Source of the DNA: the human T2T-CHM13v2.0 reference genome, Homo sapiens
Strand: one strand, 5' to 3'
Length of the DNA stretch: 64,000 nucleotides
Assembly: GCF_009914755.1 (NCBI RefSeq)
Contig: NC_060925.1
Every line of letters starts with the position of its first letter. The first letter of the stretch is position 1. Positions 40,461 to 53,695 of this stretch are shown here, in pieces. Below the pieces are notes generated by a model. It had not been told where the DNA came from and did no database searches. It saw nothing but the letters and a program-made list of their open reading frames with translations. The position numbers and the translations under genes are program-made.

Positions 40461-42209
40461 TTTATCATCTACAGTAGTTAAAATTGAAAACCTCATTATG
40501 TAAAAAGTAAAATGGACATCTTTTTCTTTTCTATCTCCTGGATTTTTTATTGTATGAGAAAATTTTCTCTTCTCATTCATTTTTTGAAACATATCTTCAA
40601 TAATTATTTAGATTGGTGTGCGCTTCCAGCTTTTTCATCTTTTTATTTTATACTGATTCATTTATCAAGTAGTAGCACATGAACTAAAGTAAACATTTTC
40701 AGGATTGGTATTAGCCTTTTTATGTATGTGAATATCTTTTTCTTAATATTTGAATTACAACTCCACTGAACATGGAATTCCTGAGTTACAGTTATTTTCT
40801 TTGTACTCAGTAGTTACTGATCTATTATCTTCAGTAGTTAATGTTAAAAGCAGAAATCTGAGTCCATAGATATTTCTTACCATCTGTAGTCAACAGTTTA
40901 TGTGTTTTTTGGCTTTTATTTACTTATTTGTAATTGTTGATGTTTGTTTGTTTGTTTCTTTTCTCTCTGACTAGATGCTCATTTTTTTTTTCCTCATAAA
41001 ATTCAGTTTCCACAATATATTCAGGTCTTCATTTCTGTAACGTTTTCAGATTTTAGCATTAAAGTTATACTTTCTCCATACAATTAATTATAGAACTTTC
41101 TATGTTTTTGTTGTTTCTTTATTGTTTATTGTGTTTTTCTATGTTTGTTATTTTTAAAGCTGTATTATTTACCTTCAATATTGTTTAAATTATATTGAAG
41201 GTAAGTAATACAACTTTTTCTATTTTCCAAACACTTCTGTGGTGTGCAGGCCTATTTAAATTCTCTATTTCTTCTCAGGTAGTTTTTATTAATTTATATC
41301 TTATTAGTAAATTGTCTGTCTCCAGGTTTTCAAATGTGGCCCTACAGAGCTGCATGTTGTATTATTTTCTAATTTTCAGAATTTCTTCCTAATCTATAAT
41401 TATGTTTCCTTTTCCTTTTGTTTTTATACTTTTACTCTCTCTTTCTCTTTACTCCTTAAACAGAATTGTGAAGAGCCTATTTAATAGTTCTTTGAAATGA
41501 ACAGTTTTTGGAGTTATTAATCTTTTCGAACATCTTTTGTTTTGATTAATTGTGACGTATTTATTCATTCTCCTCCATTACTTTTTTTGAATTCTTTTGT
41601 TCCTTTTTAATGTTCTTAAATTGAGTACTAAGCTCTTTTGTTTTTATTATTTATTTTTTAAAATAGACATTTTTATTTTTAGTAAACTTTAGATAATTAT
41701 TTAAGTAACATTTACTAAAATTTTTGTCTGAGTAGAAGTTTAGATATTTCCTATAGGTTAAAATATAAAGCACACTCTTAATTGACTTCTAGAGATTATA
41801 ATTTCAATTTTGACTTCTTTTTGAATCAATGGCTTTATAAGGATACTTTTCTTAATTTCTAATCAGCTGAGATTTTATGCCATTTTTCTTTATTTATAAT
41901 TTTATTAAAATGAATGCATCCTATAAAATCTTTAAGAATTCTTAAAATTTGTTTTATGACAGTCACATGGGAGATTTCTGTAAATAGTCCATGGTCATAT
42001 AAAACAAATTTATATTTATTTTTTAAAGAGGTAAATTTCTCTCTCCCTCTCTCCATGCACACACATACACTTGCATACACACATGTACATAGACACATAT
42101 GCACACATACATACATGAGTGTTTATGAAACTGAATTTGTTGATTGTAGCATGCTATCTCCATGCTCTTACATACTGTTGTCCACCAGATCTGTTTGATT
42201 ATGTGCCTT

Positions 42210-43140
42210 TGACGCAAACAACCAATAGAAAAATAGATAAAAGTTATGAATGGGCATTTTACACAAAAGGGTCTCATAAAGCCAATACAAATACGGGGAA
42301 ATATTTATGGTCGTTAGTATTAGGTATGTGCAAACCATGAAAACAATGACGCACCACTTTATACCCATTTGATACACAAATTTTTTTTAAAGTCTACAGT
42401 ATTAAGTGTAAGACAGAATGTAGACAGAGAGAATCTTTATACAGTGCTCTACACTTTGAAAACCAGTCAGATATCGTTTTCTAATGTTAGATGGTCACCT
42501 ATCCTATATGCCTAGATATATACCTAAGAAACACTCCATATCTACAGCAAGAGGCATGTATGAGAATGCTCATTACAGCTCTGGTTAACAAAATTAAAAC
42601 CCTTTAAAATCCCAAAATTTCATCAATGAGAGAATGGGAGGATAACTATGGCTCAGTGGAATGTTGTATTACAATAAAGATGAGCTACAGTAACATACAA
42701 CAAAATGGATGAATCTTATTAATAAGATATTAATAAAAGATAAATCTCCAAAGATTTTATACATGAAATTCCTTTGTATAACGTTAAGAATTGTGTGTGT
42801 GTGTGTGTGTGTGCGCGCGCGCGCGTGTGTGTGATTTAAGAACATATAGATGGAAGGGAATTATATAAAAAAGGAAAGCAAGTGTGTGTTCTATAAAGGA
42901 CTCAGGTGGTAGAAGGGAGTGGGGTGGAATAGGAGAGGGAGAGTATGGTTAGATGTAGGTTATTGTTGCTCTTCTGATTGTTTGGGGTAGGGTATCTCAG
43001 GTGTTTACGATGTAATTAAAAATAATACACTAAATATCCAGTTAACTAAATAAAAGTAGGCTGTGAATGGATCAATGATGACAAAGTATCATGAATGAGG
43101 GATTGTGAATAATCTATTTTTATGAACCTGTGGTCAAATT
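42210..43140 (+). mobile_element. Degraded old L1M 3' region
   Basis: CCAATAGAAAAATAGATAA...CACCACTTTATACCCATT...ATGGATGAATCTTA motifs. Confidence 0.55.
42792..42833. repeat. (TG)11(CG)6(TG)4 alternating purine-pyrimidine tract
   Basis: Read directly from the sequence. Confidence 0.92.
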
Positions 43141-43158
43141 AAAAATAATAAATTGGGC

Positions 43159-43920
43159 TTTTTTTTTTTTTTTTAAATATACACGGGGTCTCACTCTGTA
43201 GCCCAGGCTGGAGTGCAGTGGCATGATCATAGCTCACTGTAACCGCGAATCCTTGGGCTCAAGAAATCCTTTCACCTCAGCCTTGAGAGTAGCTAATACT
43301 ACAGGCATGCACCACCATGCCCAGCTAATTTTTTTTTTTTTTTTTGAGACGGGGTCTCGCTTTGTCACCCAGGCTGGAATGAAGTGCCGCAATCACAGCT
43401 CACTGTAACCGCGAATCCTTGGGCTCAAGAAATCCTTTCACCTCAGCCTTGAGAGTAGCTAATAATACAGGTATGCACCACCATGCCCAGCTAATTTTTT
43501 TTTTTTTTGAGACAGGGTCTCTCTTTGTCACCCAGGCTGGAATGAAGTGCCGCAATCACAGCTCACTGCAGCCTCAACGTCCTGGATTAAAGTGATCCTC
43601 CTGCCTCAACCTCCCAAGTAGCTGGGACTACACCCTGCTAATTTTGTATTTTTTTGTAGAGATGGGGTTTTGCTATGTTGGCCAGGCTGGTCTCAAATTC
43701 TGGGCTCAAGCAATCCTCCCACCTTGGCCTCCTAAAGTGCTGGGATTACAGGCATGAGCCACTGCGCCCGGCCTAATTTTTTTTTGTTTTTAATAAGGTT
43801 TTGTAGAGACGGGACCTCCTCATATTGCCTAGGCTGGTCACAAATTCCTGGACTCAAGCAATTCTTCCACCTCAGCCTCCCGAAGTGTTGGGATTACAGA
43901 CATGAGCCACTGTGCCCAAT
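43159..43920 (-). mobile_element. Nested AluJ-in-AluJ with an internal 166/163-bp tandem duplication
   Basis: Three right-arm and two left-arm segments; duplicated units at 43231-43396 and 43397-43559. Confidence 0.85.
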
Positions 43921-44111
43921 CTAAATTGGGCTTTCAAAAATCAACACACAATTTCTCTCTTTGATCTATCAATTAGCTTTAAACACTACCTGTCTGATAT
44001 TAATATTCACACTAACTTTTTTGTTTGTTTGCATGTGTCTGGTACCTCTTTGCTCCCTGCTCTATTTTCAGTGTTCTTTTATAAATTGGTTTTAAATGTC
44101 TCATAAGATGA

Positions 44112-44262
44112 ACGCTTCTTAAACTTTAACATGCACATGAATGACCTTTATTTTATTAAAAGTTTCTGTTCAGTGGGTCTGGGGTGGGACCTGGGATTTT
44201 GCATTTCTAGCAGGCTTCAGGGAATGCGAGTGTTGTTAGTTCCACACACTTTGAGTAACAAA
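44112..44262. mobile_element. MER5B-like hAT MITE
   Basis: TTCAGTGGGTCTGGGGTGGGACCTGGGATTTTGCATTTCTAGCAGG...CACACTTTGAGTAACAA. Confidence 0.65.
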
Positions 44263-45792
44263 GTTATAAACAATGTATATCTGATCTTTTCTTAACCAAG
44301 AAAGTCTCAGTCTATATTTTAATAAAGGACTTTGGCATATTCACATTTAATGAAAACAATGCATATACTTAATTTTAGTCTTTCCATTCTACTTTATGTT
44401 TAATTTAGGATTTCATATTTTTTATGCTAGTTGAATTGTCACTATTTATACACTTTTTCTCTTGTTTGGAAATTCTAAAACCATTTTCTATTCAACTTAT
44501 GGTGTTTTCCTGTTTCTCAACAGCTGCAATTTATTGCTTAAACAAGTATTTAATAAATGCCTACAATCATTTGTTGAGTGTATTTATGTACTATTCTTGG
44601 AAAACAAAGTGCCAACTATTTCCTCCTTCCAAGATACTCTCTTCATCCACTGATTTCCCTACTCCAATACAATGAGATCTTTAGATTATATTTTCCTTTC
44701 CTCTTTTTCCCTACAAGATAACATCTTTATAATTCATTCATGTGTCTCCCACCTTTACAACCTCTAGGTATTGCTGAGGTAACTATATTTAGGTTTTACA
44801 TTACAGTATGTGCTTTCTGTTCTAAGAATTGTATCTGAACAGTGATGTTGCTCATTATCCATCACTCTGTCATTATTCCTTTACATTCAGTTACATATAT
44901 TGCAAGGTCCATTTCTCACTTCTCTTTCCTCTCCTTTTTATTTTCCCCTAATTTAAGTTCTTCCTTGGGATTCAAAAGTTCTTTAAAGTCCTTTTTATTA
45001 ATATTTTTTTCAGATGGGGTATATGAGTGACATATTTTCTAAATTCTTGTATATCTTCCTCTTATCCTGGTAGGTAGGTGATTGCCATCTTGACTGAATA
45101 TAGAATTCTTGGGTTGTATCTACTGAATTTCAAAATTCAAAACATATATTTCAACTTCAAGAAAGTGTTTGCGCTTTAATTTATTTTCCTTACGGGCTCA
45201 TAGTGTAATAATTATCATCATTATTTGGTTCAGATTGCCATCTATCTCCTCAGGAGTTCTTTATTAGGGAGCCATCTGAGTGAGATTCTTGGCTTGTTCT
45301 TCTACTCTGTATATACAGTGTTTTGTTCCTTTCTCAGCTCGTTGCTGCATTAGCTCTTGGGGCTCAGGTTCACCTGCCATGTACTCTCCATGGAATCAGT
45401 GTCAGTGATGAAGCTGAAATAGTAATGTCTATCCTTATGGGCCACTGGTATAATGGACAGCAGGACATCTCTCAATCATCTCACCTCCAAAGGCTAATGC
45501 TCTTTAAACTTAGATCCCAGACACTTCTGCAGCTTTTTGGGAGCTGGGGAGACCAGTTAACCCTACCAACACCACTTGCTCATGTTTGTTCTGCTCTTTC
45601 CCTTGTGGGTTCTCTCTACAAGACAACCTAGCTCAGTCTATAAGGATTCTCAGGGCAAAGCCACTCTTAATTTGGCATGTGGAGCACACTGTAGTGCATA
45701 ACAAGCAGTCAGGAGCATACCAGATGCCTCTCTTCTACTGACAAATTCCAGAATCTTCAGCCTGGCATGGAAGTGGAAGGGCTTTCTCCTTT

Positions 45793-46115
<323 letters not shown>

Positions 46116-46649
46116 TAATTTTAGCTTCTCTATTCCCTTTCCTCTCACACATCCAGAAAATTCACTCTTCTATGTCCATGCCACAAATAAGTTTTTGCAC
46201 TCCTCCCTAGATTCTTCCTTCAGGCTGGTTGCCATACTCCTAACTATGATTGCTCCCTTCAGATTATTACCAACACCATGGTCCCCACTACCCAGAGCTT
46301 GCTTCTAAGCTGTACGCATCATGGGTATTTGTCTAACCTGATAGGGCAAAGTCCTCTGATTACAATAAATTACGTCACACATCTAGATGTTCGGGGTTCT
46401 GACATGATACCAGTCTTGAATATGATTTTCCTATGATACTTTTCTGGAGGAGTTCTTCTGCCAGTAGCTTCTGGATTAAAAGCCTAGAAAAATGTTGCAG
46501 GTATTGAACTACCATGTTAGACTTTAAGGAAAACGAAAGTTAATGTTATGTTTGAACAAACAAATCAACTCCTTCCCCTCTTTTCCATTTCTAAAGCAGT
46601 AGCTAGTGGAATATAAATGTTTCTCTTTCCTTTTTCAACAGAAAGATCT

Positions 46650-47950
46650 GCATTGATCAGCATGGTAGAAAGTTATGGTTAAAATGATTTTAGAATAACA
46701 GACAATGCTAATTATCTGGAAAAATTCCTTGATTGGCTGATTCATTCATTCTTCCATCAATTGCATAAACACTGATTGAGTAACTGCTTTGGGTCAGCCT
46801 CAACTCTAGTAGCTTTGTTTTAACATTTATGTTCATTCTCTGGATATATTTCTTTAATTTGAACAATTAGTGGTGGTGGTATGATTTTTGCTCTTATCAC
46901 TCAGACTTCATAACTCTTGCTATTTTGTCACTCTTAATATTTATATGACATCTAGTGAGTGATTGATCTTCTGTAGGACCCTGTAGTCACTCACATTTGC
47001 TTATCACTAGCACATAGGGGGCAATCCACAGATTTATGGCTGCCAATAAAAGTTGTTACCAAAAGTACCATTTCTTTTTTTTTCTGTGTGCTAATTTCTA
47101 ATAACTCTTGTGCAGGAGAGCAATTACTGACAAAAGTCAGCCTCTGTTAATAGAGTTTATCACACTTCATCATATATCCTTTGTCGTTGGAAGCATTTTG
47201 ACAAGCCCAGGGTTAATTAAAACCAAGAAGACAATAAAATACACCTAATCAAACATAACAGGTACAGAAATCAATTAGCAGATTTATAGTACTTTGGAGG
47301 TTTCCATAATGTATAAAATTCAAAGAAACTATCATTTCCATTTCCTCAAGACAGTGTAATTAAATTTCTAATTGAAACTATTTTTCAGTAGGTAATGTAC
47401 AGTCCGCCCAAGTTTGATTTGCATTAAAGTGGGGTCTATAGAGGTTGAAAGAGCCTAGGAAATTAAAAAGATCATTGAGTCATTTCCATTATTGTTATTT
47501 TGTCTATCTGAAAGTTGAGGGAAAGTTATACTGTATAAAAAAGAGGAGAAAGGAAAAGTGGTGCTTTGCATGATAAAAAGAATAAGTGAAGTCTTCGTAT
47601 ATATCAAGGACCTCTGTTGTTACTCTCCGCAAAAAAAAAAAAAATCACCAAGGGACAGTGAACATCTCAAATAATTCTCAAATAATGCACTAGTTTTGTC
47701 AGCATTGTTAAACAATTCATCTGGCTTGTTTTCTCAAATTGACAGATTCTTTTGACTGGATTGATTACAATGATCCATTGCTTTGGTATCAATGGAGATG
47801 TGGCCTTAAATTTGCCATGTCTTTTTGAAGTTTTATTCCCCATCCAGCTAAGTGAAATGTGATGCCAGTCACCATGCCTGGAACACATTGTCTCAGTGGA
47901 GAATGGGTGAGGATCTGTGTGGTCGAGTGTCTGTAAGGCTGTGTTCACTC
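46650..47950. promoter_or_regulatory. Repeat-free island with PBX/HOX13 motifs (candidate enhancer)
   Basis: TGATTGAT 46960-46967; GATTTATGGC 47031-47040 directly followed by CCAATAAAA 47043-47051; several TAATTA. Confidence 0.5.
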
Positions 47951-48117
47951 CCCTTGTGGACTGGTTGACCAATGGGCATTTTCCTCTCTGCCTGAGGGTT
48001 TCTTCTATAGACACTTGTCTACCTCTGCCTGATACTTTCTGAATTCTTAACAAAATATCTTAATGCTATTTAAATATAGAAATGATCATATTCTTTACCT
48101 TCCACCTGAAATTATTC

Positions 48118-48416
<299 letters not shown>

Positions 48417-48627
48417 AATTATTCTTTTTTTGACCTTTCTGTGCCATTGACATTGAATTTAAATATAGTTTTGCATTGACATTTAATTTAAATATAGTTC
48501 TGTTGCTTTGAACTTTTTTTGTTTTGCCTTTAATGATTACCCCCAAATGTAATTATTATCAACAACAAAATAACTTATATTTGTTTCCTGAACTTACAAT
48601 TAAATTCCACCTATTATTAGGTTTTTA

Positions 48628-48937
48628 CTTTTTTTGTTTGTTTTGTTTTTTAGAGACTAGGACTTGCTCTGTTGCCCAGGCTGAAATGCAATGCTGTGAC
48701 CATAGCTCACTGTAACCTCAAACTCCTGGGCTCAAGCAATTTTCCCACCTCAGCCTCCTAAATAGCTAGGACTACATGTATGTGCCACCATGCCTGGGTA
48801 ATTTTTTTTTTTTTTTTGTACAGCTGGGGGTCTTGCTATGTTGTCCACGCTAGTTTTGAATTCCTGGGCTCAAGTGATCCTCCTGCCTTGGCTTCCCAAA
48901 GTGCTGGGATTACAGATATAAGCCATGATGCCTAGCC
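48628..48937 (-). mobile_element. AluJ
   Basis: Reverse Alu; GGTTTTTACTTTT / GGGTTTTACTTTT flanks. Confidence 0.87.
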
Positions 48938-49616
48938 AGGGTTTTACTTTTAAACTGTGAACAAACCAAAATGTATTACTTCTTTCATAAAATGATTGCT
49001 ATAAAACAAACTGCAAGGTCAAAATTAGGTTTTAGATATTTATTTTGGTCTATGGTACTGGCTCTGAGGTTGTGCCCATATAATGTTAATAAAAGCCATA
49101 TACCTTGAACAATTTCATGGAAAAACATCAACCAAAGCATTGTTGGAATTCACATAGACAACTGTGATAATATGTTTATTAATTTTTTTTTGTTAAAAGT
49201 TAAGATATGCTGATGGCAAAGTAACACAAATATTCAAATGTGTGTAAATCAATATTTAGTCAAGTAAAGACAGGTGTGATGATAACATAAACCAGATCTC
49301 ATGCTTTTTCTTTTTCCCTAATGATATCTGTTTTCTGGCCAGTTCATTGTTTTAAATAACTTCATTTGAGTGTTAATGGGCATTAAATGAATATGAAAGA
49401 GTTAGGCAATAAATCAGTGGTGGCTGGTTCATTCTGCATGTCCCTAGGTTAATGATGGAGCTCTTATCTGGACTTACTCTGTTGTTGGTCAGTGGAAGAT
49501 GCATCAGAAACAAAAAGGTTTTATGTCTAAGCTATCTTTGTTGCTTTCTTATATCTCAAACCCTCCTTTCTCAATTCTTTATTAGCTCTTCTCCCTTTTT
49601 CCACTCCTTCATGTGA

Positions 49617-49656
<40 letters not shown>
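49617..49656. repeat. (ATAG)10 tetranucleotide STR
   Basis: Read directly from the sequence. Confidence 0.93.
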
Positions 49657-49659
<3 letters not shown>

Positions 49660-49969
49660 TTTTAACAGTTCTATTTATCAAATTTTGAGACTTGAATATA
49701 GGCAACACAAAATAAATGTCATCAGACTTTTTACAGGAAAAATAATGATTAGTTATCCTAACTACTTCATAAATCGATGTATGAATATGACATTTAACAT
49801 AAACATAATGTAAGTTAGCATAAAACCATTAACAATTGTTCTCTTCATGCAGTGAAGGATTCTGGTTGTTTTACTGCAAATGGTTTAGAAGACAAAACAT
49901 AAAACAGCAGTAATAAACACAAGAACTGAACATATTCATACAGGCAAATAATGTTTTTGTTTTTTAAAT

Positions 49970-50190
49970 TATTTTACAGAACTATGAAAATTAACACCAG
50001 GAAATACTTTTAAAATTTATAATAGCATCAAAAATAATAAAGCACTTACAGATAAATTTAACAAAGAAGTACAAAACATGTATGCCAAGAACTATGAAAC
50101 ATTGTTCAACAAAATTAAAGAAAATTTAGGTAAATGGAAAGACATACTGTGTTCACGAAGTTGAAAACAGTACTGTTTAGATGGTGATAT
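49970..50190 (+). mobile_element. L1M ORF2 fragment
   Basis: AATAGCATCAAAA...ATAAATTTAACAAAGAAGTACAAAAC...AAATGGAAAGACATACTGTGTTCA. Confidence 0.7.
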
Positions 50191-50599
50191 TTCCTCCTCT
50201 TAAGCTGACATATTTATTCTTACGTTTTCACGCTTTTATGTATGAGAATGTGAATATATATTTAAGACACAGTGCTCCACTCATTTTCCTACACTTTCTT
50301 CATCTGAGAATTCTCCTATTCTGTAGTGTCAACAAACTTTAATTTGCAAATAACAAATCTCTATTTACTATTGAGTCCTTTCTCTTAGGCTTTGATTGTG
50401 CTGTGTACTACCGGCTGCCTATAAGACTTCCCACTCTCTTTTAGTATTCTCTAAAACTCCAAATGAGCATCTTTTTCCCAGCTCTTCTTCTGTTAGTGGT
50501 GCCACCATATTCCAAGTCAATGGTAAAGTGGTTTAATTCTAAAATAAATAGACAAAAATGTATAATGGTTCAGACTCGATTGAATACATAGCACAGGGT

Positions 50600-50830
50600 G
50601 AGAGAAGAAGTCTGCAGGATGGCCCTCCCCACTACATGGAGGATTGTATGCAGGAGATTCTGTAGTTCAGATCTTGAAGTGCTGCATAATCTCTGCCCTT
50701 TTATGTTGGCTGGATCTCAGCGTCATGGTCACACATATCTCAAGGGAAGCCGGGAAATATGGTCTATCGCTTTGTCCAGGAAAAAAAACCGGAAATGGAT
50801 GTTGATGTATAGCCATCAATCTCTGCCACA
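50600..50830 (-). mobile_element. MLT1J/K-like LTR fragment
   Basis: CATGGTCACACATATCTCAAGGGAAGCCGGGAAATATGGTCTA...TCTCTGCCACA. Confidence 0.5.
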
Positions 50831-50857
50831 ACCACCTAAATGTAAAACTATAGTTTC

Positions 50858-51233
<376 letters not shown>

Positions 51234-52084
51234 TCAAAGCGTAGCTTATTGAATCTTCCGTCTGGTCCTGATACTACCACATGGTCCAGGCCCTCATCAC
51301 TTCCTATCTGGATTACTACATTAGCTTCCTAAGTGATCTCCCCAATTTAAAAGCCTCTTCTGCTCCAATCCACCCTACAAAATCCTCTTCACACTCACTT
51401 TCCTTATGTACAGCTTTCATTTTTTGTGTCACAGATTGAAACCTTTCACAGCTCTTTTCTAGCATATCAAGTCTAATTTCTCCTGCCTAGCTTTTAACAA
51501 TGGATATAATTTTAGAACTTTTTCTTACTTCAGCCAACTTTGATCTACTTCTGGAAGTTTCTGCCATGTGTTTCTGTATTATTCAATTTAGATATAAATA
51601 TTAACTGCTGTGTCTTGTGTTGTTAAATTTTACTTTATGTGTTTTAGAGTTCTCTTCCTTATTATGCTGTGAGCTCCTTGAGAAAAGAGATGATGTCTGG
51701 TATTCTTTTATTTGGTTCCCCATGTAATCTAGCACATTACTCAGTGCATGCAAAGTTGGTATCCAATAAAGACTTGTGATAAATAGGCTAGCTGTGTGAA
51801 GAAATTAGTCATTATACTGATTTTATAAAATTTTACTTCCTAAAGGTGTCAGCTATACTGGCAAATCTTTGTTACAAACTGCCGTTTATTTATGGAAATC
51901 TATGCTTGATTATAATTAATGCCAAAGTATCTCGACACAAGCAGATATAAACTAGAGACATTTAAAAGCCTGGGGAAACTAATTTCAGTTAGTTTTTTTC
52001 CCATTAATTCAACCAACAATTTAATTCTGATCCATGTCCAGAAGAAGCTCATACACTAGAAGGAAGGCTCAGATACATACACAT

Positions 52085-52708
52085 TGTGGTAGGCAGAATT
52101 CTAAAATGGTCCCAAAGATTTCTGCCCCCTGGGATACATGCTGTGCATAATCCCTACCCGTGAGTGTGAGTGGGACCTGTAAATATGATGAAATACCACT
52201 TCCATACTTCCATAATTACGTTACATTACATAGCAAAAGGGATGGTATGGGTGTAATGAAATTCTCTGATCAGTTGATTTTGAGTTAATCAAATGAATGA
52301 TTATCTTTGGTGGGTTTGACCTAGTCAGGTGAGCCCTTAAAAGAGAAAATGAATAGCTTTCCTGTGGGCCTGGAAATGTGCAAAACTATGTTGTAATCTC
52401 ACTGTGGAGGAAGTCTTGTGGCTAGGATCTGAAGGCAGATCCAAAGAGCTAAGAAAGGTCCAACAAGAAAGTGGGGACCTCAGTCCTATGACAATAAGTA
52501 ATTTAATTCTGCTGCCAACCAGTGTGAGCTTGGAGGAGGATACTGAGCACCAGAGGAAAATGTGGCCCAACTGACATCTTGATCTTAGACTTGAGAGACA
52601 CTGAGCACTTGGTTACTCCATGCTCATATCTGTAAGATAAAAAATGGGTATTGTCTTAAGCCACTAAGTTCGTGGTAACATGTTGCACGGCAATTGGAAA
52701 TTAATACA
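52085..52708 (+). mobile_element. MLT1E-type MaLR solo LTR
   Basis: TGTGGTAGGCAGAATTCTAAAATGG ... TTAATACA; 5-bp TSD CACAT at 52080-52084 and 52709-52713. Confidence 0.85.
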
Positions 52709-53329
52709 CACATTTCTTACAATATGTTATTGAATTGCTATGATGAACTGTTATATATGAATTTAATCATGTTGAGATGCTATAAATTTTAATTTTAAGA
52801 CTTGAATTAGTTCCAATATAAAAACTCATATCAGACAAAAATCCTTTTGGACTTGAAAGTACCAATGTCATTTGCTTTCATTTTCTTGACCTTTAGTCAG
52901 TTAACTTCTGACCTACCTCAATGAAGCATAGGTTGGCATTCCTTAGTCTATTTTCAAAGACTTCTACAAAAGATGATTTCACCCAATTATCAGTGTTTTA
53001 TTAGGTGGTCACCCCTTCTTTACTCTTCTCTATTCTAGCATGCATATCATGCTGACTTAACATCATTTTCTGGATAGCCCACTAGGTTAAATATTCCAAG
53101 AATCTTTGGAGAAGAGCCAAAGTAGTCTTTTTGCTCTTTAAAAGGAAAATGGTTTAAAGGAAGTTGCTGCTTAGCAAAGCCATTACTCTATTGCAGAGCA
53201 GGCATGTTTCCAAAGTACATTAACAATGCTAATGAGAAAACTAGCCCTGGAATGAAAAAAAGAGAAAAAGAAGAAGTCATTTCATCATCAGACATATTCT
53301 GGTGAGGTAGAAAAAGCCCTAGAGCATGA

Positions 53330-53695
<366 letters not shown>

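Noticed and set aside
47667-48053. 128-aa minus-strand ORF
   Set aside because: Non-ATG start and no recognisable domain; it overlaps the putative enhancer island.
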